Part shown: positions 1 to 14,000 of the stretch, one piece after another
How positions within the stretch are numbered: position 1 is the first letter of the stretch
Layout of the letters: each line of letters opens with the position of its first letter
Assembly: GCA_046563655.1 (NCBI GenBank)
Contig: CM102286.1
Coordinates: forward strand, 11,594,001-11,658,000
DNA length: 64,000 bases
Direction: 5' to 3'
Origin: Yuukianura sp. NJ FZ-2021
Lineage: Eukaryota
Made by a program: the position numbers and the translations under genes
The notes under the pieces: model-generated
The model's input: only the letters and a program-made list of their open reading frames with translations
Databases searched by the model: none
What the model was told of the DNA's origin: nothing

Positions 1-1235
<1,235 letters not shown>

Positions 1236-2127
1236 GTGAAGGAACAAATTACATCGATCTGTCAAAGACCAAATTATCTCCACTCTACAAAGTCGAATTC
1301 TATTTTTAAAAATTTTGGTAGCGATATCACTAAATATTTCCTGCAGGCATCTTTAAGATCGCTTTCTGTCAAATCCATGTCAACTTCAATATTGTTCGCC
1401 ATTCTGTGAGTGTTTCCTAATTGTTCATTTAGATCATACTGGGTGTTTTCGGTGCATTTAGTAAAAATATAGCTATTGCAATTTCATCAGTTGGTACAAA
1501 AGTTTTTTCTTGTTTTTTAAAAAAAAATCGCAGTTATGGCATTTGTATAAATGGGTGCTGTAGCAACTTTGGAATTGACTGGACAATAGCTTTTTCTTCA
1601 AGAAACCGAAACTTTAGTTGTTACAGAAATCTGTTTTGTCAGTAGTGTGCTTTAAGAACTGATCTCCCAGTCAGTTTTTTTTCGCTACTAAACAAACTCC
1701 AATTTTTTTGAAAGCTGACAATCGTATGACTCGGGAATATACCATCCACCTTGGGAAGTCCATTTAGAACGCTGCTCTGCACACGTAAACTGTTGAATAG
1801 TTTAGGTAGAACTACTACTATAGAGGAGGAGGTGGGACGACGTAAGAACCTCCACTTTCGAAATCCAATGAAAAAATCAGAAAATGACGAAAAGCCGAGG
1901 ACCGTGAAGACTCAAAAGCATTAAAATTTTGGCGACGCACCACGTGCCTTTACAGCAAAACACTGAAGATTGTCAGTAGCAAACTGAACCTCTCTGGATG
2001 AGCATCTCCTCTGCTGCTGAAAAACTACACTTGGCAGTGTAGCTCTAATTTACACTAAATTTCTTAATTTCAGTTCCAGTATTTAACGCTGCAACTAAAA
2101 TTTACAAAAAAAAATCTGCTCTAGATT

Positions 2128-2137
2128 GTCACGTGAC
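2128..2137. promoter_or_regulatory. Palindromic extended E-box GTCACGTGAC (CLEAR/MiT-TFE/USF type) upstream of ATF3
   Basis: Perfect 10-bp palindrome about 210 bp upstream of the ATF3 ATG, with a second CACGTG at 1941-1946. Function is inferred only. Confidence 0.4.
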
Positions 2138-2348
2138 TTATTTCGGTTACGCTTGATAACCACTGATAATCCGTAGGTTGTTATTGTCCAGCGTCTCATG
2201 GGGACAAGTAAGTACTTCCACTTGAAAAATACTCATTCCACGTATTAACTTCTGTTGAAGTTGGAACACAAACTTTACAACGGAATTAAGTTACTACTTC
2301 AAATATTTTTAAGCGTGAGTGCGTTTACACAGTGTGACTTTTGAATAA

Positions 2349-4540
2349 ATGTTTGCTAAATTTCAGAAAATGCAGGCGTTGAATATTGAAGCTGCCAGTA
2401 AGCATGCCGTTGACCTTGTGTCAAATTTTGCTCCCCTCTCGGGCGGAGGCACCAGCACCCCTTTGTCTCTCAACACCCCTGATATTCTGAACTCACTCAT
2501 TTCAATTACATCAAATCCGTTCTTTGGCTCATCAGCACCATCAAATCAAGCATCCACGGCGATTTCCGCTGCAACAACTTCCGCACAAAATAGCGCCAGT
2601 GGAGATGAGGATAAAAAAGTTTTTGCAACTTTGGAAGTTTCAACTGGGTCCAGCGTAGCATCAAATCCTGCTGGAAATGGTTCTGTTACTGGAAATACTC
2701 CAGTTCCATCCACAGTTCAATCTCTGCGTTCCCAGTTTATCAAAGACAGTCTCAAGCTAACGATTCAGACCAAGCGGAAATCCAGTGGTAAAGAAGTGTT
2801 GGATGTCCAGGCAGACCTACAAGAGAAAGTGAAAATTCGTGAAGAGGTAGATGTGACAGATACTAATTCTTCACACTTCCAGTTCCGCTCTGTTAAGAAT
2901 TCAGTTGAGACACCAAATAAGGTTTTTACTTTGACAAAATTCTGTGTCATTTTTTGTTGTTCAGAGTTTTGTTTACAACGTTGTTTTTTTAACCCCCCAG
3001 TTTGGAGTTTTTGCTTTTCAGTCTAAAACTTTTAGTCGATGCGGTTTCGGAATTCGTGTTGTTAACTTTTAGGCAAATTGTACGTAGCCTCCAGTGTTCC
3101 TGGGCAGACAACCGAATTGCATTTTCTACAATAGGTTATCTAGTCATTCGGGATTTCCAAACCGAAATATTTGCTTCTCAAATAATTTTACCATCTATTT
3201 AGCACCAATTATCATTACACTACACATACAATTAATTCTCATAGAAAGAAACAGAAAAGCGCGTTTTGCTAATTTCAGCCAAAAGAGAGTTCGAGTTGTT
3301 GGACAGTCTAGTGCAGGAAAAAAATTTTTTTAACGAACATTGCATTGGTAGCTACCACTCTTTTGGAGAATTTCGAAAAAAAAAATTCATAAATGCCCTA
3401 TAAACCGTGCCCGGTAACGTGGTAGTGACATCTGATTTTGTAGTGAATGGACGTAATTGGTCACAAAAATTTGTTGTTGAACATTTGTGTTAGGTTCAAA
3501 CATTCTCTAATATTGTTACGTGTAGTTTGTTACTGTTTGCCGCCTTGTCGCCCTAAACTCCTCTAGTTTCGGTGCATGTAGGGATTAGTTGTATCCCTTG
3601 TAACCACACGATGTCACTGCCGTAATAAATATATGGCTAAATTTGCAAAGTTGCAAGTTTAACAAGCCTTCTGTAACAGGTTGGGCAGTTCCAATGGATA
3701 GTAAAAATATGACGGCGGTTGTGACATCGTGTGGTATAAGAGAGGCTACTAAATCCTTAGCGTAACTGTGCTTTCTGTTGTACATTTCGGGTTTAGTAGG
3801 TAGTAGTAATTATATTTTACGTATTCTTTTGTTTTTTTAGTTAACTCCTGAGGACGAAGAAAGAAGGAGGCGTAGGCGGGAAAGGAATAAAATTGCAGCA
3901 ACAAAATGCAGAAATAAGAAAAAGGAAAAGACTGGGCTATTAGTGCTGGTAAAATATTATATACTACTATAATTGTAATGGTAATTAAATAGGAGTTTAG
4001 AAATTTTAATGTGAGCTTAATTTAGAAAATTAAGTTTTTTTTTTTCCATTCTGGGTATCTTAGAACTTAAAATGAAATAACAATATTTTTTCCACTTTCT
4101 CCCTGGCACTTAAAACATTAGATAACACGCGAGCTATAAACCAGAATCTAGGGTACGGACTTTTCCCGGGGTTTTCAACTTACTTTTGAACTACCAAACG
4201 GCTACCAAACAATATCATAAAAAACGTTTGCTCATGCGATAACTAAATACTAAACAAATAATAATAACACATTACTCTTTTTGTCATTTAGGAATCACAA
4301 ACCTTGGAACGAACCAACGTGTCACTGAAGAGCGAGATTTCCAAATTAGAGCAGCAAAGGCAGCGCCTTGCTGAAATCCTAGCAGCTCATGCGCCATTGT
4401 GTTTGATGAAAAAAGGCGCTCCAGGTCGTGTGCAAGTATCTTATAACCGGAGTTTAGACGTACCTTCAAATCCCTCTGCATTTTACCAACTCCAGCAAAC
4501 AACTCCAGCGCGACACCACATTTCAGTACAAAGGAGTTAA
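2349..4540 (+). CDS. ATF3: ATF3-like bZIP transcription factor
   Basis: Exons 2349-2846, 3841-3948 and 4292-4540. Contains the motif [13 protein letters not shown], the basic region [28 protein letters not shown] and the leucine zipper [33 protein letters not shown]. Confidence 0.9.
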
Positions 4541-5200
4541 CAGCTCTCAACATCCGTGTCGCTCCATTCTGTGATATTAATTATTGAATTGTATTTTATA
4601 GCAGCAGCGAGATTCACGCTTATAATATTACCTGATAAATCCCTATCTTGTATTTGGACCAGGTCAAATTTCTCAAATTTAACATTTTCCACAATGCTTG
4701 GTTGGTTGGATGGATGAATAACAGCTTATTTTACAGAAACGTTTAATAATACACACAATTTGAAATATTATTATCCAGCTATGTTCAATTTTAGTAGTTA
4801 GTGTCAAATTCAAATTAAGCCAACGTAAGTTACCATTGTAACAGCAAACATCGAATCAAATTTAACCAAAATGCAACCGAACGTAGTAGCAGCAGAAACT
4901 TTATCTTGCAATCCATCCCGATTAAACTCACAGTAGGTCTAATTTTATAATTAAAATCCAAAGATATATTAAAATGTTTACTTCGTTTTTGTCTCGGCCT
5001 ATTAAGGTCGTAATGGTAATAAAAAGTCTCGTTTTTCGAGGATTTATACACAAATCCACCGGTTGAGTTGATAAGATGACAGTAATCTGTTCTTTATTTT
5101 TATATTTAACTTAATCCTTTTTTTTATACACTCTTGATTTATTTCTTTAAGAAAAAATAATGCTGAAAGATTATCTGAACTTTATAGGTTTAACTAATAT

Positions 5201-8200
5201 TTATTGTGATTCTAACCCAGCGTCATCGTAGCATGCTTGGTACCGCATCTCCTTTTCCGCCATTTCATAAGAAATTTCGTTGACTTTGGCATATATATTA
5301 ATTAGTGCTTCCGGTAGCAGTACATAACTAATGTAGTCACTCCACTGTAGGAAAGAAAAATGAGTGTTAGTGAGTACAGATAAATAAATAGTAAGTTTAC
5401 CTTAGGCCGGTCAGAGGTATCCGGAATGAAATATTGGAGCAGCATTGTGATAATGGAACTCGTTTGGTCATGATCGAACGGTATCGAGACGCTCATTTCC
5501 TGAAGACGCTTGATTCCAGCCGGTCCTTGCAAGTAAGTCTAAATTGTAAGTGTCGACAGTTATATTGTGTAATTATTTAAAAAAAAAAAAAAGTTGAATT
5601 AAATGTTGAAGTATACGTACGGTACTTCGGGCGTTGGGAACCTCCCCTTCGAAAATTTGGCGCAGTGCAGGTCTAATGCTAAGGTAGTGATCTTCCAACT
5701 TTTCGAACGTAAGATCTGTAATCTTCCTGTAAATCCAAAATGAAATCAGTAAATCTCGATTTAATTATTAGAAGTAGTTACTGAAGTTCTTACTTGCAGT
5801 GGATTTTGAAACTACGACTTTTCCGAGAGTATTCCGGAATAATGTTGAGATAGCACATGGACTTTTGTGAAAGATCGTATCCGTCTCCTGCAAATACAAA
5901 TAGCAAGGAAATTAATTGTCGTCGTATATGTCGCAGATCACGAATTCCAACTCGATTGAATGTAATAAACTTTAAGCCTTGTACACCATCCCAATTGAGT
6001 ATTCTAACAACTTCACACTATAGCTTACCTTCAGGTTCGTAAGAGTCGTGTACTTTAGCATTTTCGTGTACCCGGTTGAGCAATTCTCGGATAAGATCTT
6101 GTCCTGCGTATGGATAAGGTTCATACTCATTATCACTGGAGTCCTCTTCCAAAAGATCCGGAGCAGAGTGATGGGAACGTCCAGGAACAAGATCGCGTTT
6201 ATTCAATGACTGACCACTTCCTTCATTTTGTGGCTGAGACGGTAGTTCCGTAATGTCTGGACTTAGGGCACGTCTACCTCTGTTCATTCTAACTTCAGGG
6301 TTGACTGTCTTCTCGTGTATCGTAGAGGTGTCGACGTTTTTGCTACTTAATGTTTTGAGGAGTCCTACACCGGCGCTTAGCATATTCGGGTTACACATAA
6401 TTTGTAATGTGGAAAGCTTGGAAGGTTGAATCTGATTTGCAGACAAGTTTGGTTTTTTAACAGGAGGAATAAATGGGTAGTGATGTTGAGTTAAAGCTTT
6501 CTTCGGAGTTCGAGGCGCAGGATGAGCCGGAGGAGGCATCATTTGTGAAGATTCATTAGAGGTAGTATTAGTAATTGCATTACGTGTATGACTGACGAGT
6601 TGACCTACGCTACGGTCTTCTGAAATTTGTTGATTTCCAGCGTTCTCTTCAGCCTCTTCCATGGTAGGTGTCGGTGTGTGTACGGGCAAATTGTACACAC
6701 TACTAACTGGAGGAATGACGAAGTTATTTGTATCTTCGAAGCTTAAGGATCTTCTGTAGCCAGATTCTTCCACCTCTGGAAATTGAGAATTGGAAACGGA
6801 ATGTGTAGAATGAACAGTACTCATGTCGCCTCGAGATTTTCTTGATAATCGAGTTGTCGATTCTCGGACGTTTCTTTTTTCAACTGTAACGCAAGGAGTT
6901 AGTATTGGTCGATTATACGATGGTGGGTCCCTGTCAATCGGAGTCATAGTTTCTGGTATTAAGACAGGCATTTCTGGATCGATCACAATATCTGCCAACT
7001 CGGTTCTCGCAGCATCAATCCAATCATCGGCAATGATTAATGGTATCGGTTCAGTATTCGTGGGAAATTTACGTTTTTTGCTTCTTTTGCTGCCACTTTT
7101 CTTGATTTTCGGCAACACTTTTGTTACAGCAGTTGAGCTTGAATACAATAAGGTATCGATGTCCTTTGAAGTAAGGGAGTTTGTCTTTTTAGTAGGTTGG
7201 AATGACGAAGATGTTGTCTTAGGCGGGGTCATTTCCTTTCCCAAACTTAGATGGGAAGCCCTGTTATCCTCTTCATATCTTGGATTTCGGATTTGAGGTG
7301 CACTACTTTCAGTTTGTGATTTCTCATTCCCCAAAGGCGCAGTACTATCCTCAGTGGATACCGTGGTAAAAGTTGTATGCCGCCTCTTCATCCCGCTGGT
7401 TTGTTTTGCACTGGTTTTTAGCTTCAAGGACGTGGTATTGTAACCGGTACGTTTTAAAACCTCGGATGCAGCAAATAGCATTCTGGTTTCAATGCTGTCT
7501 AAGCTTTCGTCCAAATTATCGCTACAAGTGCTATTGAACTTGCCTGTTCGGCTATTCTCCTGGCTGTGTGCTGTGACTGTTTTCGGCTTATTTTCGTGGC
7601 CCTTCTTACTTAGCTTGCTCATCCTTTTCTTAAGTTGGACTTGTTGGCTCAAACTTCTAACTCTGGTATCGGTTTTCTGCTTTTGATGTTTTGAATGATT
7701 TAGGAGTTGTAAACCAGGTTTTTCAATATCTTGTGTCGGTATTGGCTCATTGTAATGCGACGTTCCCTTTACACGTTTGTGTTTGACGTGCTTGCTTTGA
7801 GAAGCGTCGTTGGTCACTAAGGTATTTTCTTTTGTTTTAACTGTGGTGCATGCTTTACTAAATTCCCGCAAGTCTGATTGCGGAGCTGGAGCATCAATAT
7901 CGGGCAGACTTAGGTTGTCGTCGTCATCACTGCAAACCAGTTTGTCATCGGTGTGTAACTCCTTCTCCATATAACCATCATTGGACTCTTCATCTTGTTC
8001 TTCATAATATGTTTGTCCAGTTTTTGAAGTAACAGCATCCCGAAGACGTTCCACACCAAACGTCCGAGAAGGACTTATATAAGATGTTTCCGTAATAGTA
8101 CCTCTTGAAAGTGTATTTCTAAATTCTCTGCGATGGGCAGACCTATATTCACAAACGATTTTTGATCCATGTACATATTTCTTTTGAAAAAAAAAAGGTA

Positions 8201-9461
8201 TTATTAATCTTATCTGTATAAACTTTTTCGCCTTTTTTAAACTTACTTTTTACTTGTAAGCGCTTTCTTCGATTTTGTAGGTTGCACATATGCAAGTATG
8301 TCTTCTCTCTTATAAGTGAGTTCCTTTTTAAGCCTCCTCGAGTCGTCTGACATAGACAATGTTCTCTTGACTACTGCAGCCTTGATATACGCCCTTGTCG
8401 AAAGAGTTAGGATTCGTGATCCTCCTAAAATATGAATATCTATGAAGACTCTTACAGACTAAAATTTGCACCATTATAAAATCTAAAGAATACCAATGTC
8501 AGTTGCCCATAAGCGTATTCATTCTAGTGTGATACACTATTTGGTGAGATCGACGTGTGACATATTCATAATTACAATACAATTTGTGACTTTCTAGCCA
8601 TACTTAATTAATTACATTACATACCTGTGGCTATATCGTAATCGCCATGAGTATTCAAAGCACTCATTGAATCACAATCGTCCTCGTCGTCTGTCCAACA
8701 ATTCCGACGTGTGTCCAAAATCCGAGTAACATGTGTGGTTTCATTTACAGAGTCAACGCATAAAGAATACCTAAAAGAAATGTAGCAAGTCAATTGGATA
8801 TGACGTGATTGGCAGTTTATCGAACCACTTTAACTTACGCCAAATGAACACAAGGTAATTTTGCTTACCCTAATCCCACTTCCGTACCGTACACAATATG
8901 TGGTCCTGTAGAGCATGTTTCCTTTGTGCTTGATACACAGGACTCAGCCGCTGGTTTTAGTAAAACTTTGATTTCCTAAGTTAGAACAGATTGGCAGGTT
9001 AAACTTAAGGACAAAAGAGTAGTATGGAATACAAAGTTTGCATAAAAAAAAATTGGGCTAAAAATTGTTAATGTTGGCAACTTGATTGTTGATCATTCTG
9101 CCTGCTGAATTGGAATTGTATTAATTGATAACTGTGGAACCCAATTGCCCAATTGGAAATCTGGAGGAGATAAACCACGTTTTACCAGAAGAATCAAACA
9201 TCATACCTTCCAATGTTTTCTGTCAGCCCACTTGGAAGTTACAAAGTCCTCCCCATCCTCGTGACAAGTTGTAGGCAAAAACGTAATTTCGATTGGTACG
9301 ACATAACAGCCAACCTGCGTTTGGATAAAGAGAACGACTTTACTTCATCATATAAACATAAAGAACTACCCGGACAGACAAGAAAATACGCGATTCGATT
9401 TTTACTATTAAATAACATAACGTTTCCGTACCCTTAAAAGTTCCACATATTTTCCTGGCAT
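5201..9461 (-). CDS. Uncharacterised ~1054-aa protein: SLX4IP-like N-terminus, long disordered middle, PWWP3A/MUM1-C-like C-terminus
   Basis: Ten phase-consistent GT-AG exons: 9461-9432, 9314-9207, 8975-8869, 8770-8625, 8424-8247, 8142-6029, 5887-5794, 5726-5621, 5538-5401 and 5344-5201. The 8142 acceptor is the least certain boundary. N-terminus MPGKYVELLRVGCYVVPIEITFLP..SKWADRKHWKEIKVLLKPAAESCV; C-terminus ..LRQIFEGEVPNARSTTYL..DYISYVLLPEALINIYAKVNEISYEMAEKEM. The gene model is well supported; the domain identities rest on recalled motifs. Confidence 0.8.
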
Positions 9462-11072
9462 TGTGACGTGAAGCAAGTTAGTTTAATCCAACTATGTAAG
9501 TGAAGAGATTAATGCGATCCTGTCGTCGTACCCGTACGTCTTGGTATTTAACCCTGTAGATCAAATCTAGCAGTTACCTCCCTGGCGTTGGTATGGTACT
9601 GCACCTCCAAATCAATGGTTTTGACGTGTTTATCACAGAAGTGTTTTGTCTAGAATAGAAACTTACCAAATTAATGGTAAAAAGTATGTTTCATAATTAA
9701 TAAACGAACACCAAAACAAGTTGATGTTAAAAAAAAATCACGGAGATGAACTAATCCTCTGACACCTTACTTTAAACCTAACAGAAACGTAGAGAAAGTA
9801 AAATGAGAGAGCGGGAGTCGTACCCCAAATCTGACTAATGGCCTCCCCTCCAGTCCTCTGTAAGAGTCACTTTACAAACAGAACTAATCCTCTGAAGTAC
9901 GCGGAAGATATAACAAACCCTGCGAAAGCGGTCGTGGATTCGCAAAAAAACCTCGAAATACCCGACTCATTTAGTTATAAAACGACAATGCCATTATTGC
10001 GAATGTAAAATTATTACATTACTCTTTCATGAGCGCAATTTACTCGTTGTTCGGCTAGAATGATTCAAAGTTAACTAATTTCAGAAAGGTTTGGGAAACA
10101 ATACGGAGTCGAAGTTGCGAATTTTTGGAAATACAGCAGAGCATCATCGCATCGCATCGTATCCTTAAAAAGTGACGAAGTGAAACTACTGTATTGCTAT
10201 ACATGAACAGAACATGAGCTCCCACCTTTTCTAATTCGTCGCCATAATATTACTTAGGGGTCTAGTACTGTTATAACGGTAAAGTAGAAGCAACATAACC
10301 TTCGTGTTTGTTTTCCTATTTGACTCATTCCAATGCTGAATTCTTGAAGTTGATTGATAACTTTATTGACATTAAAACATAACACGGAAGTCAGTTATTT
10401 ACTGCTGTTTCACTTACGACGCGTGATCCCTGTAAGGCTTAACCGAAGATAACGGTGACATCTGTTTCGTTACTGGTACAATAATAATTGACAAGTAAGT
10501 TTTCTAATCGTAGGAGGATTTTAGGTCATATGTTATTGTTATTATTGTTTTTACCAATACGAATTTCGATTTCATTTAAGGGTGGTAAAAAGTACAACTA
10601 CAAGGGATTTAACTGTTTTGTTTCAGTAGCTTTGTTTCGCCTTTTTAGATACAATCTTTTACAATATGTTCGAGAAAAATGGAATATTATTAGGGCATAC
10701 TCCGTATTTAGGTATTCACACGTACTCGACGGTGTTCACCATGAATTTGAAAGCAAATGTATTATAGAGAAGGTCAAGGTCAAACGATATGCAGATACGC
10801 GTGTTGAAATAGTACATTGCCTTGCGTTTTAGTAGTTTTGTGGTGCGTACCTTCCTTCGTGCTTTTATTAAATTTTTGACTACACAGTATATTGACCATG
10901 CCGCATTCTTCTGCTAATGTTGTTGTCCGAGTTTCTCTCAACCCCAGTATAACTACGTAACGGAGCATATTTGCCGCTTTATACATGGCTTTGCGATACA
11001 TAAAGCGAAAGTTAATATTTCTTCGCTTTGTTTTAGCTGGAACAGCGCTCGAGGTCTGTAAGCCAATGCAAA

Positions 11073-14000
11073 ATGGAAGGCTCCGGCGACGTAATTACCT
11101 TCAGCTTTCAAATTGGATTAATCAGGGACATTACGACGGTGGATGCTTCAACCCTAACACTTAAGGTGCTCAAAGAACTGGCATGCGATTTCGTAGTTCG
11201 AAAGGTAATTTGTTGTTTCATATTTGTGGTTTGGTAGTACTATACAGCCGAAACAAAAAGACTTAATCAACTCAGCTTTAACGATTGGATTTATTGACTG
11301 CAGGTCCCAGAGCATGGTATCACCAGGTTAACGGAAAGGCTACTTCTGTACCGCCACGACTATAGCACACCCAACATTTTGCAGATGGTGAATTCAGCTT
11401 CCGACATTACTGAGGCTACATTAGTGGAAATAGTTATAACTGGTAAGTTACATATGTCAAACAGTCATACGAACGCTATAAGGAGATGCTAGTGCCTGAG
11501 TTTAAGGTTTTTGCCTTATAAATCTCAAAATTATTTTTTCCTGTTATTACAAAAGTTAAAAGTACACATGGCATATACTGTTTTGATCGAAGGGTACAAA
11601 AAAAATTCGGAAATCTATTTCGAAGATAATGTATGGAGTTATAATAGCTCAATTTGGAATTGAAGGGCACAATTCTGCTAGCACTCGAATATTCACCTAG
11701 TCATTTTCTTCTTTCCTTATCTAGCTACTTCGCCCACTTCAGACAGCATTGAGATTCGACCACATACAGTTGCAGTTCACTCATATAAAGCACCGACTTT
11801 CTGTGATTTTTGTGGGGAAATGCTTTTCGGTCTTGTCCGTCAAGGCCTCAAATGCGAAGGTAAGTTGATAGCTGCGGACCACTTATAATACGTTATGTAA
11901 CATTAACCTGTTAAGTCGTGTGACAAACCCACTGTCACTGAAGTTGCTTCAGTGACTTCTTTTACGTATGCGCTTCGTCGGGCGCGATGCGTTAGTGAGC
12001 ATACGAAGTTTCGTACGCAGGCAGTACAACCGAATATGTTTTGAGCAATATAAAAAAAATCCTGAAAACTTCTGTCATTTTTTTATGCTACGACAATTGC
12101 ATGCAATGGAATGCCGATAGAAACCAGTGCCAGACTAAAGTTACTGACTCACATTATAACCACTCGACTGTTGGATGTTTTTTGTTTGTATCTGGAAGTG
12201 ATTATGTATGTATTTATTTCAGGCTGCGGTTTGAACTACCACAAGAGATGTGTATACAAGGCTCCAAATAACTGCACGCAGTCTTCCTTTTCTGCATCAA
12301 ACCGACGCCGCTCTTCCGCTCAAATAAATATGTCACGAAGTCCTGGCGACACTGGATCCATCACTTCTATTTCTTGTTTGTCAGATGACTCCGGTTTGAC
12401 AACTTCCGGTGGGCTGGTGAGTAGTAAATATTTAGTACTCTGCGAATGTAATGTATAAATTTTATACGGTTTTGCAACGGGAGTTGAGTTAAACCATTTA
12501 GAGCTAGCATGACGCGGTAACAGAAGTTGCAGAACTATGGAGGGAGTTGGGTGGCAAAATTATTTTAAATTTTCGCGCGTTAAAAAACGTTTCGCGCATT
12601 AAAAACGGCATTTTTCGCCGATTAAAACAATGCGCGAAAAGTATTTTTAATTGGCGAAACGTTTATTGCAGGAAAAGTAAATTGCAGGAAAAAATCAATT
12701 GCGGTAACTCTATTGCAGTAAAAACTTGTTTTTTTACCATTTCAAACTTTGTCTTTTACCATTTAAAATTTTGCCATTTACCATTTAAAGTTTTGTCATT
12801 TACCATTTAAAAGGTTGTTTTTTCCCATAACAAAATTTTGTCATTTACCATTTAAACTTGTTTTTTACCATTCAAAATTTTGTCATTTACCGTTTAAACT
12901 TGTTTTTTACCATTTAAAAGCTTGTTTTTACCATTTAAAAGTTTGCTTTTTACCATTTCAAATTTTGTTGTTTACCGTTTAAAATTTTGTCTTTTGCCAT
13001 TTAAAATTTTGTCTTTTGCCATTTCAGTTTTGTATTTTGCCATTTCAAACTCTGTCTTTTACCGTTTTAAAGTTTGTCATTTAAAAGTTTGTTTTTCGCC
13101 AATTGATTGCACTAAAAGTCCCACATGGCCCAGGTCCCCGTGCAAAGATGGGCAAATAAATTATTCCTAATCTTAATTGTTTCGTTAAGCTAACTACGTC
13201 ATAAACATGAAAATAATCTACTAAAATTAATGCATATTTTTTGTATTAATTATATTAATATTTAAGGCGCCTAATGGTTATTAAATACAATGCTGTTGGT
13301 TATGGTTGTAGCATTTGTTCATTTGGACATTGACAGAGTGACAAGTCACAAGCCGGTTGACGTAAGGTATACCATGCACAATTGTACATTGTAGCCAGTG
13401 TTGGTGGATGCTTAAACGTCCAGTGGCTTAATTGCCACTTCCACTGGATATCCACTGGAAGAAATGCTCCCGAAATGGATGAATTCAAAGGGGACGGAGC
13501 TTTGCCCGCGGGATTTTAATTAATTAAATACAACAAGATTGAACAATTCAAAATACCGTACAAAAACGAAGGAAATCTCGTTTTTGTATGAGTTTTAAAT
13601 AAATAATTAATTTTAACGATGAAGGGAACTCATTTTCATATTATTTTGTAATTTTAAATTTGAATTTTTTTGAATTTCGCGCTAAATTCTTTGTTTCTTC
13701 CATCCACTAAGTGTTTCATCCATTTCGGGAGCATTTCTTCCAGTGGATATCTAGTGGAAGTGGCAATTAAGCCACTGAACGTTTAAGCATCCACCAACAC
13801 TGCACTGGCTACAATGTACAATAGTGCATGGTATACCTTACGTCAACCGGCTTGTGACTTGTCACTTTGTCAATGTCCAAATGAACAAAAGCTACAACCA
13901 ACAGCATTGTATATAATAACCATTAGGCGCCTTAAATATTAATATAATTAATACAAAAAATATACATTAATTTTAGTAGATTATTTTCATATTTATGACG

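Noticed and set aside
6823..7686. Hydrophobic plus-strand ORFs that look like membrane proteins
   Set aside because: They are antisense shadows of the Lys/Ser/Thr-rich exon on the minus strand.
8161..8200. Acceptor TTTCAAAAG at ~8181 for the large exon of the SLX4IP-like gene
   Set aside because: It is out of phase with the upstream donor and leads to a stop. The in-phase acceptor at 8143 was used instead, although a homopolymer sequencing error near 8247-8251 cannot be excluded.
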